DNA of 64,000 bases from Camelus dromedarius. Taxonomy: Eukaryota. The stretch lies in contig NC_087437.1 in assembly GCF_036321535.1 (NCBI RefSeq), forward strand, positions 68,388,001 through 68,452,000. The letters are read 5' to 3'. Positions 24,864-38,730 of this stretch are shown here, piece after piece; position 1 is the first letter of the stretch; each line of letters starts with the position of its first letter. A program made the translations under genes and the position numbers. The notes beneath the pieces were generated by a model. It was not told where the DNA came from. It worked only from the letters and a program-made list of their open reading frames with translations, and made no database searches.

Positions 24864-27800
24864 AATTGCAAATTAAAATGACAATGAGATAACATGACAC
24901 TAAAATCCAAAAATCTCTAATACCAACTGCTGGGGAGATGTGGAGAAACAGAAATTTTTCATTGCTAATAGAAAATCAGAATGGCACAGCCACTTTGGAA
25001 GACAGTGTGGCAGGGTCTTAAAAACTAAACAAAGTTTTACCTTATGATCACACTCCTAGGTATTTACTCAAGTGATTTTAAAGCTTATATCCAGACAAAA
25101 CTTGCAGGTAAATATTTACAGCAGCTTTAGTCACAATTGCCCCAAACTGGAAGCCATCAGAATGCTCTTCAAAAGAGTGGATAAACAAACTATGGTACAT
25201 TCGTACAATGGAATCTTATTTAGATATTTAAATAAGTGAACTATCAAGTTACCAAAAGCATGGATAAATCTTAAAAACAAACTGCTAAGTAAAACAAGCC
25301 ATTCTAAAAAGGCTTTGTACTGTATGCGGTCACGTACATGGCATTCTGGAAAGGGCAAAATTATTGAAATGGCAAACAGATCAGTGGTTGCCAGGGCTCA
25401 AAGTGGTGGGGAATAGGAAGATTGAATAGATGAGCTACAGATCTTTTTTAGAGTAAAATTATTTTATGTGATCCTTGAATGGCAACTAGAAGACATTAGA
25501 ATTTGTCTGAACCTACAGAATATTACAGCATAAAAAGTGAACTTTAATTTTTTTAAGGTTTAATAACATCATTGAGGTTGGGAAATCCCAGGATGGAATG
25601 CTGAATGTGGTAAAAATAATCCAAACGTATTACAAATGTATGAAACGCCCTCAGTAAAGAGGGTGAGAGAATAAGGAAGAGGAGACCATAATGACCCATG
25701 TAATAGTGATCAGAGTTGGAGACAGGATGAAATTGTTTCACTCAATGCAGATACAGATGGTCTACATACAAGTAAGCAGATATAGCTCAGAATGAATAAG
25801 AGAATGGCAAAGCATTAATTTACAAGAAACACCTGTCTGAACTTTCCTATCATGGATCCTATCATTATGCAAAACAAACAACAATGAAAACAGGAAAAAT
25901 AACCCCAGTAGGTTTTACGCTACCTTTAATGCAAATTCCTCCTGAGCAAGAAATCTAACTGAGGGGAATTACATTTATAAATGATCTTTCATTCAGATGA
26001 ACTTTCATACAAGGATATGCTTTAAAACTCAGTGCTGTTTGTTCTGTAAAGATGAAAAGTTTGTTAAAACTTTATAAAATTAGTATTAGTGAAGTAGACA
26101 TAGAGTTGTTTATCAAATTTCAGAGGTATGTTTTTCTGCATTTTTGAGAACAGAATAATAGGGTCTCAAAACACATGGGATTAATCATTGGAAATTATGG
26201 TAGAAGCTAAAAATTCATGCATGACAGATTTCTAACAGATTAAAGGATAAAGTTACTTTCAGAGTTCTGCTGTAGAGAAAAATGGTGCTCTTCTGGAAAA
26301 CACCACTTAGCTGTAATGGAAAGGAAGAGTGAGACTTATATTTTAACAGTTTATTCCACTTGGGGGCTACAGCAGATAAGATGGCTCATTAGCAGGGCTC
26401 TCTATAAATGTCTGTAATAGTGTAGTCTTCATAAAGCCCCTTCCATGATGTCTAGGACTGATTTCTCAAGATGCTTAAGGAAGCCTAGAGATAGAAGAGG
26501 ACTGGGTAGAAATTAGACAGCTTTGAGAATTGCTGAGTCTTCAGAGGGAGAGAGAGTTTAAAGAGATAGAAAGACTTGGTATGCAACAGTTTCTGGTAAT
26601 TTCTAAAAATGAAAGTATGTACAAATCTTTGTATGTGAAGGTACTATTAGTGATGCCCTAACAATGGTACATACTTTTGTTTAGTTTCCCAGCAGTATGA
26701 ATGGATATTTACTAGCCCGTGAACACTACTCCACTTAATCTTTTAGGGGTCAATTAGCCACGTTTAGAAGGTAACTAACCGTATAAACTCCATAATGGAG
26801 TGGCCTACATAAGGGTTTATAATATATGATCTTTGATTCATTAGTGAGATATTTTAATGCCTTGTCATGTGTATAAAACTGTGAACCACTTTATCATGTG
26901 TACAGTCAATGATCTGTACTTTAATGCATTTCTTAAAAGCAGAAGTAGCGTTATGACAGTACCTTTAAAGATGTATCTCTGAAATTTCAAGTAGAAGTAA
27001 AAAATATTTATATTCATTAAATTGTCAGGACAGGAGCATTAAAGATCAGTTTCCTCAAAAAATAGGAGGATAAAATCTGCACTTTAAAATCTATTAAAAC
27101 ACAATTGAAATTTCAAATTAATCTAGAAGAGTGGGGGTAAGTAAATATACAATTCACTTAGGCTAACTTAGTTACTGTTATTGGATAATGTATTTACCCT
27201 GGGAGTCCTAGAAGTAAAAGCAATAAAATCATATGCATTGGATTACAAAGTTCATTTGATTAATAATAGATAACATGCAAGTTCTTGAGAAATCACATTT
27301 TTTTTTTCCTGTATGGTATTTGGAAAGAAATTTTTCATGTTGGTTATTGGAAAACCTAGACTCTTGTCTTTATCAATAATTTTGTAGGAAGGGGATAAAT
27401 GGTCATTTTATTCCTTGACCCTTGAGTAAGCCAAGTCCATAGAAGCTCACATATGGTGTTCTGCACGAGTGTAAACTAATGCTTTCTGATGGTCTAACTC
27501 TATACAAACATAGAAGAGGTGTTGGATGATCTGCCCCTAGACTATCTTTGTGGCACTTGTTCTTACCTTAACAGAAGAGCAGTCACATGAAGGTCTCTTT
27601 CTGGTTAGCAAGTAGAGGGTTGCTTTTCTGGAATCCTGATTATTTTTGGTTGATTAAGGAGTTGTTTAGAAAGACTAGGAAGCTTAGAGTCCTCTCTCAG
27701 GAATAGACTTCCATTACTGTGTTCAGTTACTTAAAAAAAGAAAGAAAGAAAGTCATTACAACATAGTTCTTTTAAACAGACAATACATATTTTATAAGTC

Positions 27801-29494
27801 CTGGTCTACCTTGTGAAAAGGAAGGAGTTGGTGGCAAAAAGAATTGGTGAGTTTCTGCAAGGGTCATTTTCAGAGAAGTGAGGAGTGTGTGTGGTAAGGG
27901 TCATTTGACTGTCAGCTCATTAACTTTCAGATTCGTCCATGCTCCCAATGATTAGTATTAACACAGAACAGTAAGTAGCACCTCTGGCCTCGATCGATTT
28001 CCCATATGTGTCTTTCCATTCCTGTATTATTTTTAAGAACTGATTTCTATGTAAAATAAGTTTAGGAAAGAGGATGTCCCAGTTCAGGTGTCTTTTGATA
28101 CAAGAAGGTTTTTCTGGGATTGTAATGATGACAACTAGGGAGTGGATTTAGTTGTGGCTTTTCTTGTGTGACATTCTACTCCCTCCCAGCCTCTCTCATT
28201 TCTCTTTTATAGCCCCAGTGTCTCTTTGTTAAAATAATTATTTTTTTCTCTGTGTGAGATTCTGTCATTAGATAAAAGGTCATGGTTATAATATGAATCC
28301 TGGATAATAAATACAGTGCAAAATGGCTTAAAAAGCATAGAACAAAAAGACTTTCCAATTAAAAAACACTTTGCTAAGCCTGGACCAAACAAACAGCCAT
28401 ATAGACTGATTTTTCTTCACTTATAATTAGCTGCCACTGGAAGTTAATTACTTTCGGGATCAAAGGAAACAAAACTAGAAATAAAATGGGAGAATTCCTT
28501 TTAGATTTAAAGTTTAAATAAATATTTGCCTTAGGAGCAGACCATATGCTGAATCCATCCCAGAGGGAAAATGGACTTAAGATTCTTCAGTACATATAGA
28601 CAGACTTTAAAGTTCACTGAAGGTGGGCAAAGAAATAAGACAGATTTTATTTCCTTTGGGAGTATCATCTAGGAGATTTTATAAGGGAGTAAGAAAGCCT
28701 CTTTACATATCCCCATTTTTTTTGTTTGTTTTATCAGCAGAACTGAGGAATATTGTGCATTTTGGAAGATTTATTCTTGAAATGCTTTCTTCCAGGAAGA
28801 CCACTAAAAACTCTGATTTGATTTCTGATTCCTCTGGATGACAGATCATCCTTAATTAAAAGGCTAATTTATTGTGAGGGTCTGAGTAGCTGTAATCAGG
28901 CACTTACCTACTTAGAACCAATATTCATTGAGCCATGGTAAAGATTTTTTATTATTCAATCTCCTAAATTTAATGTGTTGTTCTTCCCCCAGAAATGATT
29001 AAAAAATAAATAAATATATGGAAACACAAATGGGAATTCTGTTATCATATGTTTTCTGGTATGTTTCTAAAAATACGTTATGATGTTTGGCAAAGTACAT
29101 TTTGAAGTAGAATGATCAGGTTCTGCGGTGTTTGTGGAAAAGTTTAGGAGCTTACATGCTGGAAGTACTTCCGGACTTTGGATAGAGACCTGTGGATGAG
29201 TTAGGGGCAGTAAAGCTCAGGTCCCTATCGTTATGTTGGTGAAGGTGCTCATTCCAAAGTATGGGCATAACAACAATGTGAATATAGATAGTCTTGAAAT
29301 ACTTACTTACCCACAGTCTCCATGAACCTCAAAGATTTCAGGAAGTTACCAGTCTTATCCCTAATCCTTTATTTAAACCACCTCTTCATGACCTGCATTA
29401 CTAATGATTCAGTGCTTACCAACTGCCTAGAACTCAGTTCAGGATTTCACACTTATCTAAAAAATTTGAAATAATAATTACACAAGGTAGAAAC

Positions 29495-29630
29495 AGTTAT
29501 CATCCACATTTTACCAAACAGGAATACGGCCTGAAAGATTAAATGACTTGCTGGGCTCACAAAGCTAGTATGAGGCTAAATCCAGATTTAAGCCCAAGTT
29601 AGTTAGAATCCAAAGCTTGTTCTCACATGC
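29495..29630 (-). mobile_element. MIR SINE fragment
   Basis: ttatcatccacattttac...gattaaatgacttgc...agatttaagcccaag...tccaaagc is the reverse MIR core. Confidence 0.65.
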
Positions 29631-29657
29631 ACTATGTTAATGTTTCCTTCCTATAAT

Positions 29658-30766
29658 ATTTTTATTGTGGTTAAAAAATATATAACATAAAATTTATCAT
29701 CTTGGCTATTTTTGCGTATACAGTACAGTAGTCCTAAGTATATGTACATTATGATGCAATAGATTTCAACAAGTTTTTTTATTCTATAAAACTGAAACTT
29801 TATACCCATTGAACAACAAGACACCTTTTCTTCCTCCTTAGCCCCTGGTAACCACTTTCTACTTTTTCTATGCATTTGACTACTTTAGATACTTCATTCA
29901 AGTAGAACCGTGCAGTATTTGTCTTTTTGTGACTAGCTTATTAGAGTAATGTCCTCAAGATTCATCCACTTTGTAGTATATAATAGGAATTCCTCCTTTT
30001 GTAAGTTTGAATGATATTCCTCCATATTTATATACCACATTTTCTTTATCCATTCATCAAAAAATAAACATTAAGTTTACTTTCATCTCTTGGTTATTAT
30101 GAATAATGCTGCAGTGAACATGGGGATGCAAACATCTCTTCAAGATTCTGTTTTGGATTATTTTCAATATAAAACAAGAAGATTGTTGCAGGATATGATA
30201 ATTCTATGTTTAATTCTTTGAGAAATTTTCAAGCTATTCTTTGTCCATTTTTAATTGAGTAATTTTTTGTTGTTACTGAGTTGTAGGAGTTTTTTACATT
30301 TTCTGGATATTAACCCGTTATCAGAAACATAGTTTGCACATATTTTTTCTCATTTTATGTTACCTTTTCAATCTGTTGATTGTTTACTTTGCTGCACAGT
30401 GTTTTTTTAAGTTTGATGTAATAACATTTGTCTGTCTTAGCTTTTTGTTGCTTGTGCTTTTTGGGTGTCGTATCCAAGAAATCACTGTCAAATCCATCAT
30501 CATGAAGATTTTCCCCTATGTTTTATTCTAGGAGTCTTACAGTTTCAGGTCTTTAGTCCATCTTGAGTTGATTTTTTATATATGGTGCAAGGTAAGGATT
30601 CAACTTTGTTATTTTGTATAATGATACCGAGTTTTCTCAATACCATTTGTTGAAAAGACTGTCCTTTCCCCACCGTGTACTCAAGGTGCCCTTGTTGAAG
30701 ATCATTTGACCATCACGAGGGTTTACTTCCAGGCTCTCTATCCTATTCCATTGACCTATATATCTG
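29658..30766 (-). mobile_element. Old truncated L1 (L1MA/L1MB-type 3' end and ORF2 C-terminus)
   Basis: tttattgtggttaaaaaatatataacataaaatttatcatc...ccctggtaaccact...ttctggatattaaccc...caataccatttgttgaaaagactgtcctttcccc, all reverse L1 sequence. Confidence 0.85.
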
Positions 30767-30869
30767 CACATTGTTTCAAGCATTCATTTGAATAGAGGAG
30801 GGAGGCTATTGATAATGAACTAAGCATTAACATGGGGCAAGATCTGTGTTCGTGCTTTGTGCACATTAT

Positions 30870-31000
30870 CGTCCCAAGAGTCCTAGGAGGTAAAGTCGTT
30901 CTTGTTCACAAATAATGAAATTTTGAGGGCAGAATGGCTCAAGATCTAATGGCTTGTGTGGCTGCCCCAGGAGCCTGTCTTGACTCCACAATGTGAACCC
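30870..31000 (-). mobile_element. MIR fragment
   Basis: Weak reverse MIR-core similarity (cacaaataatgaaattttgagggcag...tcttgactcc). Confidence 0.4.
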
Positions 31001-33229
31001 ATGGAGACTGGGCCATGCTGCCTCACCATTCCTACAGTTCTCTCTCACTCTTCTGACATGAGAGTGATGGACTGTTCAATATGAAAGTCTTACCAAGGGA
31101 TTATCATGTCATGAGAGCCCTGGAGGCTAATAACAGTTTTATAAACAAAATAAAGGGAATTAAGATAGTTAGGAGGGACAAGGAGTGACAGATCAGTTCA
31201 AGTTAGCACAATTCTTTTCCATGGGCCAATTATGTCTTTTAAAGGATTTAATAGCATGAGTCACAGGGAACTATGAAAGTGTCTGAAAACAAGCCTACAA
31301 TAAGAAGGTGGTGACTTCCATGACAGATGAGAGCATCTGAAAAACAATAAAACACCCTCTGAAAATAGCTGCTGGTAAAGCAGTTCATAGGACACATGGA
31401 CCTGCTGAGCCATAGCCTTATGGTCATATTCCTCCAAGTTGGGTTTGGAGCCCAATAATGACCCATCAGTCTGAAGGGTTAGCGATGCCTACAAGACAGT
31501 TTGTGGGTTTTATTGTCAGAGAGGAAGAGCCATGCACCTCCAGGAAGGCCATGAGAGGCCTACAGGGGTGAGTGGGAGATTCTGGGGAAATGATGCTCTA
31601 ACCTGTCTCTTGGGGCCTCCATTTGTCCATCTCTAAGGAAAGATATATACACAGTCTCCTTTCTAGACTTCAGATTCTGTGATCTGCATATTTACTTCTG
31701 CACAGCAGAAGATAACACTGTACCATTAACAGAGGCAGCATTCTCTAGCCATCAGAAAACAATCTTTTGTTGTGGACACAACTTCAAATAGAAAACAGGG
31801 ATTATTTAAGTATCTATAACATTGGTCTGAAGCTCTACACATGTTTTAGAAATGAATATCTTCTTTCACTGGTGAGGAAAGGTACAGAGTGGCAGGAGTG
31901 ACCACTAATGCTCAACAGAGACCACCCTGTAATCCATAGTCACAAGGATTCTTCCATGCCAATCCTGACTTCCCTTCTCTATTCACTCCTGACCAACTTG
32001 AAATTTAAAGCAACTCCGAAAGCTCTTAGGTATGCAGGGAGAGATAATAGTCTATGGAGTTGATCTTCTATAAACAGTTTCAAGAGAAATGATTGTGAAA
32101 GGGTAATTAAAAAAACTAACAAGAAGTAAAGTGTCTGTCCTACTCTAGTTTCTCAAGCAGCAGCTGTGTGGTCAAGTCAGGCCCGCAGTTGTGCAATTTA
32201 ATGGGGATTCACTTTTCTTTGCCTTTAAGGAGCGAGTAGGTGTTTGGGGAGCAGAGGGAGAAGTGGAAGGGGGAGAGGAGAGGTCATTTGGAGTGGAGGA
32301 GGTATAGACTGTTTGTAAGCCACCTTTGAGATAAAATGACCCCAGGTAGTTACATTCATCCTACTGGCACTGAAGTCAGTGGCTGCTCACCATTTAAGCA
32401 GTTTCTAAAGAGAGGGAATTTTGCTGTTTGTGTTTTAGGATCTAGATTCTGGAATGTATTGAATACTTATTACCTCATTTTTCAGTAAGTGGCAATAAAT
32501 CACAGGATAGGAAAGAAGGGATTCCCTTTTGATTACAGTAGAGGAGAATCTCTGTTTTTCTGCCCTTGGTCAAACTGAGTAGAACCCAGACTCTGTCAGA
32601 TTTTCACCTTCATATCACAGATTTGACAAGATCTCTCCATACCTAAATGAGACAGAGGGAGACATTCCTTCCTTCCATTCTGACGCTGTCTAGCCCAAGT
32701 TCCTGCTGATCCACCTGCCTTATCTTTCCCTGATTGTTCTCCCAGAAAGACTTAAAAACTAAGGATACAGAGGATTATTGACTGGATCCCAGGAGAGATT
32801 TTTGTTTTGGCTAATGTCTAATGGTGGTGGAGCAAGGTAATGGAAAACCTGGTTACCTGGAGGGAAAGCTTTGTGACTTCTGTAATACTGAGCCTCAGAA
32901 AACCCCTATAGCTTCTAGAAGCATAGAGGGGAAAAAAATAACTCAGCAAGAATAGAGAGATGGCTGAATGATTCATCAACAAAGTGCTGAATGAACCAAC
33001 ATATTTTATTCTATCCTTAGACAATTATAACTATAATAGAGATGATTGCAAGTTCCTAGACAGCAGTAGAGAGTGGTAGTGTCAAGTTGTGTTACTCTGT
33101 CTTCCCTCTGTTAGAGACTAAGCATCCATACATGTGCAGAAAACGTGGCTGGCACAAAAGGCAAGGGGACTGCAAGGGTGTTCAACCAAAGAAAAGTAAA
33201 TAAAAACTTTGATGCACACACCATCCCTT

Positions 33230-33730
33230 ATAAATCTGTGATTTAAGAAAGGAAGGAAGTTGTGTTGAGAAGATAAAAACTGGGAGCAGCTAGAGAGTCA
33301 GGAGTTAAACAGGGCAAGATTTCCTTGTCGATCTGAACTTAAATCTGAGTTCTGAATAGGAAGAGAGGCACATTGGAAAGGAGAAAAGAAGTGCAGAAGA
33401 AGAGAGGTGGGAATGGGCAAATCCTTTTAAAAAAAAAAGACAAAATTAATAATTTTGAGTGGTCTAGAGAAGGCACATTGTGCTGTAATGGAAGATGTGA
33501 TTGGAGAACAGTAGGCATGATGTTGAAGAGGTTTTGAAAGCTTAAGTAGAAAATTCTGGAGTTAAGATGCAATAGGATATATCTATTCTTATTTGTGTCA
33601 TGAGTGACTTGATAAATACCCAGTTGGAGAACTTTGTTCTAGAAGTTTGTATTGGAAGAGAATATAAGATTACTGTAATTTGAGTTGGGTCTCAGGGAAG
33701 AAGTGAAAACTCAAAAATGTCTTCAGAGAG
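33230..33730 (-). mobile_element. L2 remnant
   Basis: ttaaatctgagttctgaatagg...gattggagaacagtagg...gagttaagatgcaatagg, L2-like; approximate. Confidence 0.45.
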
Positions 33731-34498
33731 TGCTGATACGGGGTCTGCTTATAAAGAGTTATGACGGTTCTGGCCTGTCAGAGCAGTTGAGATTTGGAGA
33801 TTTATAATAATTTTGGGTTTTCTCGTAGGGTATTTTGGAAACCTTTATTTTATTACTATACTAAGATCAATTTAGCTAAGAGGGGACCCGATAACCCTCA
33901 CACCGCAGTATGCAGTATGATAGACAGTAGCATCATTCAAAATGATTTTCATGAGTCTGGCTCCAATCCAGACATCTTAGATAAGAATATAGCCTAGAGC
34001 TTTAATGCTTTAGCTTTCTAAAATTTTTTAAAATATCCTATTCATCATTATATCCATAATACCTTTCCTATTTTTATTCTCCCCATTTCTCTGAATTTCC
34101 AACAGTATATAATTCAAGACTGGTCTCAGTAAAATAATATAAAATGAAATTTATCATGACTTACCATTTTTTACTTTCCTAGCTTTTATTTCATATATGG
34201 TTCATAAAAATCAAACTTAAATTATATCCCAAATTTGATCTACTAAACCTTTACTTAGTTGATATCAATTACAATATACTTGTCTGCTGCCCTACAAAAA
34301 TAATGTGAAATGTGAAATCTAAACTTGGGGTGAGAGTTTTCCATCCACCACAGAAGATTTGTTTAATTCCTTTAGTCATCATTATTTTTATTCATTAAAA
34401 AACAATTTCTTAAATGGTGGGGTTATCTCAGAGTATCTAAAGATAATCAAACTTCACACAACACTTTTTTCTTGACTTTTTCAATGAGTTCTACTCTT

Positions 34499-34787
34499 TT
34501 TTTTAAACTTTTTTTTATTGATTTATAATCATTTTACAATGTTGTGTCAAATTCCAGTGTAGAGCACAATTTTTCAGTCATACATGATCATATATATATT
34601 CATTGTCACATTTTTTTCTCTGTGAGCTACCATAAGATCTTGTGTGTATTTCCCTGTGCTATACAGTATAATCTTGTTTATCTATTCTACAATTTGGAAA
34701 TCCCGTCTATCTGTTCCCACCCTCTGCCCCCTTGGCAACCACAAGTTTGTATTCTATGTCTATGAGTCTGTTTCTGTTTTGTATTTA
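34499..34787 (-). mobile_element. Young 5'-truncated L1 3' end
   Basis: Reverse complement resembles 22010-22270. Perfect 13-bp TSD gagttctactctt at 34486-34498 and 34788-34800; endonuclease-type site TCTT/AA at the right end. Confidence 0.92.
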
Positions 34788-37700
34788 GAGTTCTACTCTT
34801 AAAAATTGTTTTGTTTTTGTTTATTTGTTCGTTTCTTGAGCTAAAGACACTGGGCTGCTTCTATAAGGAAAAGAATGTCCTTTTAAGCCAACATGGACCA
34901 GGGTGTACTCTGGTTTCTGAAATAAAAATAGTTTTCCTTGTATTGGGCTTCGTATTACGTATTTTAACTTTTGACTTATTATCTTAGTCATGTCGGAATG
35001 AAAAATGGCTCTCTCTAGGGACTTCCATTATGTCAGATTGAAAAATCATCTCTCTTGACTGCTTGGGGCAACTGCATGTTCACAGCCCTTTTGCCTCATT
35101 TCTCACTGTGCTCTGTGTGGTGATTCTGTCCTCCTGTTTTCAAGCCCATTTCCATTGCTGATGAAAAATCTCACACTCAGGGGTCAGACTAGTTCCATAA
35201 TCCCCAAGCAATTGGGAATGGTTTATTCGTAAGTTTGATTTATTTAATATATCCCTATTACCTGGACCTATCTACACCCTGAAATCTGATATGTGCTCGT
35301 ATACCTATATAGCTGTGAAGTAGAATTATGTTTTAAACACACACACATGAACACGCATATAAACTTAGAGGGTTGGGGCAAAGGTCATATAGGGAAACGG
35401 AGATTTTTCTTTTAAAAAATACATACTGACAGTTACTCTAAGGAAACTGCATAAGCTTTCTGATCTGTGTGTTACTTAATCTCAGCCTTAGGAGACTGTT
35501 GCATTGTTCTTCGGAGGACTACAGTGCTCTTCCCAGGAGACGTGGGACAAGTTCAGTCCCTCGGATGGAGTCCACACCCTCTTGAAACCACGGAAAAGGC
35601 GATTTTATGACCTCTCTGGTTCTAGTGATCTTAGTTCCTCCGTGTCCCCATCACCTTCTCAACATTCTTGTTCTCTTAACTCCTTTCACCACTCATGGTG
35701 GACATGGGAATCAGGAAGACAGCAAGATGTACAGGAAGATTTTTCATCTGCCTTTCACATCCCTCCCATTCATAGCATCAAGACATTGTAAATAGAACAC
35801 ATGCTTTAGGTGGTCTTGCTTGCACTTACACCTTTTGATTTCCTTTCTCATCCTCAGAGACCTTCCTCCTGCCTTCCTCTTCTCTGATACCCTCCTGGTC
35901 ACTCCAGCCAGAAGGGATCTCTTCTTCCCTGGTCCTCTGGTAGTATTTTCTTTGCTCACATGGTACTGGAACCATTCTACTTTGTAGCTATTTGTCTACA
36001 TATCCCATTGGTTTTCCTGAATCATCAACTGCTTGAGAGCTTGTGCAACTTCATACCCTGAAATGCATCTTCATTGGAATTTTGTAGCCATTATTGTTTG
36101 TTTTCAAAATAGCTGTGCACTGAATGAATACATCAGGAAAGTTCAGGAAAGTGGTGATAAATTAATGAGACTGCTAAACAGGAAAATTTAACTACAATGT
36201 CTGGTGTGATGGAATGCTCATCAAAATGTAATGATTCATTCTTGAATTTTAAATAAAAGAGGCGTATATGTTTAAAGGGCATTTTAGGTGGTAAAAAGTC
36301 ACTGAGGCATTAAACATTATTATAGTGACCCTTATTACTGAAAATTGGCATTTCTGTTTAAATGGCACTCTATAAAATTAGATTTTTCAGTAACATGAAG
36401 TGAACACACTATTCTATAAGTTGAATTAGAGATTTTTTTACAAAGGAGAATAAATAGTAGAACAAAGTAGAAAACTTCAAACAAAATGTTAACTATTGAT
36501 TTGACATTAAGTTTTAATGACAAATAAGAAATTGAGCATTGTGAGCAAGGAAATAATAAAATAATTCTTTGTTTTCTTCTTGAGTTGCTTCTATAGATTT
36601 AATTTCATTTTTGATTAATTCCTGGAGTTCATCTAATCTAAATACCTTCTTTTGTATATGGAAAAAATATTCAACGCTTATAGATGCTAAATGCCTAAGA
36701 TAACAAGATGTGAGAGACAGGAAAACAGAAAGATGTGTAGGAGGCAGGTGTTCTGTGAGGTGAATAAGGATCAGAAGACAAAAACCTCAACCATTTTTTC
36801 ACTTGCATGTAGCTAATTAAATTTATATTTTGTTCTGTACAGCTATGATATGGGTAAGAACAAATAGCAATAAGCCAAAAAAAAAGAAAAACCATGATGA
36901 AATAGTCTTTTATTAATGCACACATTTTTAATACAAAAATATATTGAGGTTTTATTTGCATCAGGATCAGCTGACCATGTGCAACAAACCCACCTGTAGA
37001 AGACAGGAGAGTGAGGGAACATTGGTGGAAGTGATGAAAATTCTACTGGGGCTCTCACGTTTAGTTAGTTTGCTTGGATACAGAAGTTGTTTGTCCCTGA
37101 AGTTCATGTAAGTAGTAAGGAGGATGATTTTTTAACATGGTGTTCTCATACCTTTTTGTTGTTGTTGTTATTGTTGTCCAAAACAAAATTTGTTGAGTGA
37201 CATTGGACAAAGTAGACAAAATCCCTTCCCTTGTTAAGCTTATATTCATGATGGAGAAGGGGCAGGAAACAAGAAGTAATAAATTATTTTCTATGCCAGG
37301 AAGGGTGAGTACAACAACAGGGTAGGGGTGTGCCGTTTGGGGGAAAGTGATGAGGGAAGTCCTACATGGTGAGATAAAAGTCATGTCTTTTATCATCAGA
37401 CATGTTGTTCTGCATCATTCATGATGAGGAGACATTCTTTCTCTTTGGAAAAGGATTCTCAAATGAAGTAGAAAATAGAGAAAACCGTTAGTGACTTGAC
37501 CAAGTGACATCACTGAGTACTGAAGATGGGGCTTCAGTGTTCAGGGATTTCCTCCCATCACCAGCCCTGCCTCAAGGCACCATGCCTGTGGTGACAGATC
37601 TTGGAATGAGAGTAGAGTGATATCTCAGTAACCTGTCCAGCCACTTTCTGGCCAATACTATCTCCTCCAAGACACGAAGAATTCTATCTATCAAAAGAAA

Positions 37701-38519
37701 GCAGATTCTAGAATGATACATTGTCCAGAGTTTAAACTTCTTAAAGTGTTAACTTAGAAACACATTTGAAATAAAAAACAACACAAAGAAACCCACATAA
37801 TCAGTGGCGGAGGCCTTGAATGGGGTGGGAAAAAAAGACTTTTCCTTTCATCTTCCTCTTCTCTCTTCCACCATTTGTTCTTTTTTCAACCATAGTGCTG
37901 AACATGTTTATTATATATATGTGTGTGTGTATATATATGTATGTGTGTATGTATATTAATTTAATAAAACCCAGAGACAAGCTTTTATGCATATTCATGG
38001 TACTTGATTAATAATTGATGAGAAGGCCTGGGGCAGGTGGTTGAGAATAAAAAACATTTAGCAGGGAGCAGTGTGGAGGAAGGAGTTCTCACAGTTGCCT
38101 CCGTCCCGAAGGGAATAGAAGCAGAGAGGAGGAGGTGGAGGTTGGGGCAGACGCAGCGCTGAATGTCATCAGTGCAGTGTAATTTCCTTGATTTACATAT
38201 TTAATTGCTTCCTGTCTTTAGCAGTTGGGCTCTAGGATTCCGACACACTTTCTGAGAAATTTGTCTGAGGGCTGGAGAGGCAGTGTTGTGTGGGAGGGAA
38301 AAGCTGGGCCTAAGTCTTGTTAGTTGTCCTGGGGACCTGGACAAGGCCCATCGCCATGAGTGCTTGCACTATCAAGGGACTCTGTCAACAGGCTTGCTCC
38401 CAAGATATGATTCTCAGAGAAAAGACATTTTTGTGATTATAAAGGCTAGACCTGCATCTCAGAGACCATGAGTTTCATAATTGACTAAAAGGATATGTAC
38501 CCTAATGTCTTATTAAATC

Positions 38520-38730
38520 ATCATTCCTTGCATTTATATGGCCATTTATGGTTCACAAAACTTATACTTAATCCTTATAACATGTCTCTGATGGTGGCAT
38601 CATCATTTCCTTTATTTGTCTGAGAGAACTTAGCTCTAAAGAGGTTAAATGACTTGTCCAAATCCTCTGTAAGGTACAAGCCAGATTTTCAACACAGTCC
38701 ATTTGGATTCTAGTCCTGGGCTGTATCTCC
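38520..38730 (-). mobile_element. MIR SINE
   Basis: ttaatccttataacatgtctctga...agaggttaaatgacttgtccaa...ttggattctagtcc. Confidence 0.65.

Larger units (their letters stand above)
12785..25780 (+). mobile_element. Ancient near full-length L1 (L1MC3-like), interrupted by younger insertions
   Basis: 5'UTR-like region from ~12785. Decayed ORF1 ~13860-14830 (VINMLKNLM..VDYMQEQMDN..KKAFDGHISRL). Decayed ORF2 from ~22340 (track ORF 22611-22931: LNVYAP..LIELKEEIDKSTITLGNFS = endonuclease). Most of the RT region is missing at a junction near 24285. L1MC-type 3'UTR ~25150-25780. Confidence 0.8.

Noticed and set aside
28901..28915. Minus-strand TAG|GTAAGT
   Set aside because: No polypyrimidine tract upstream on that strand.
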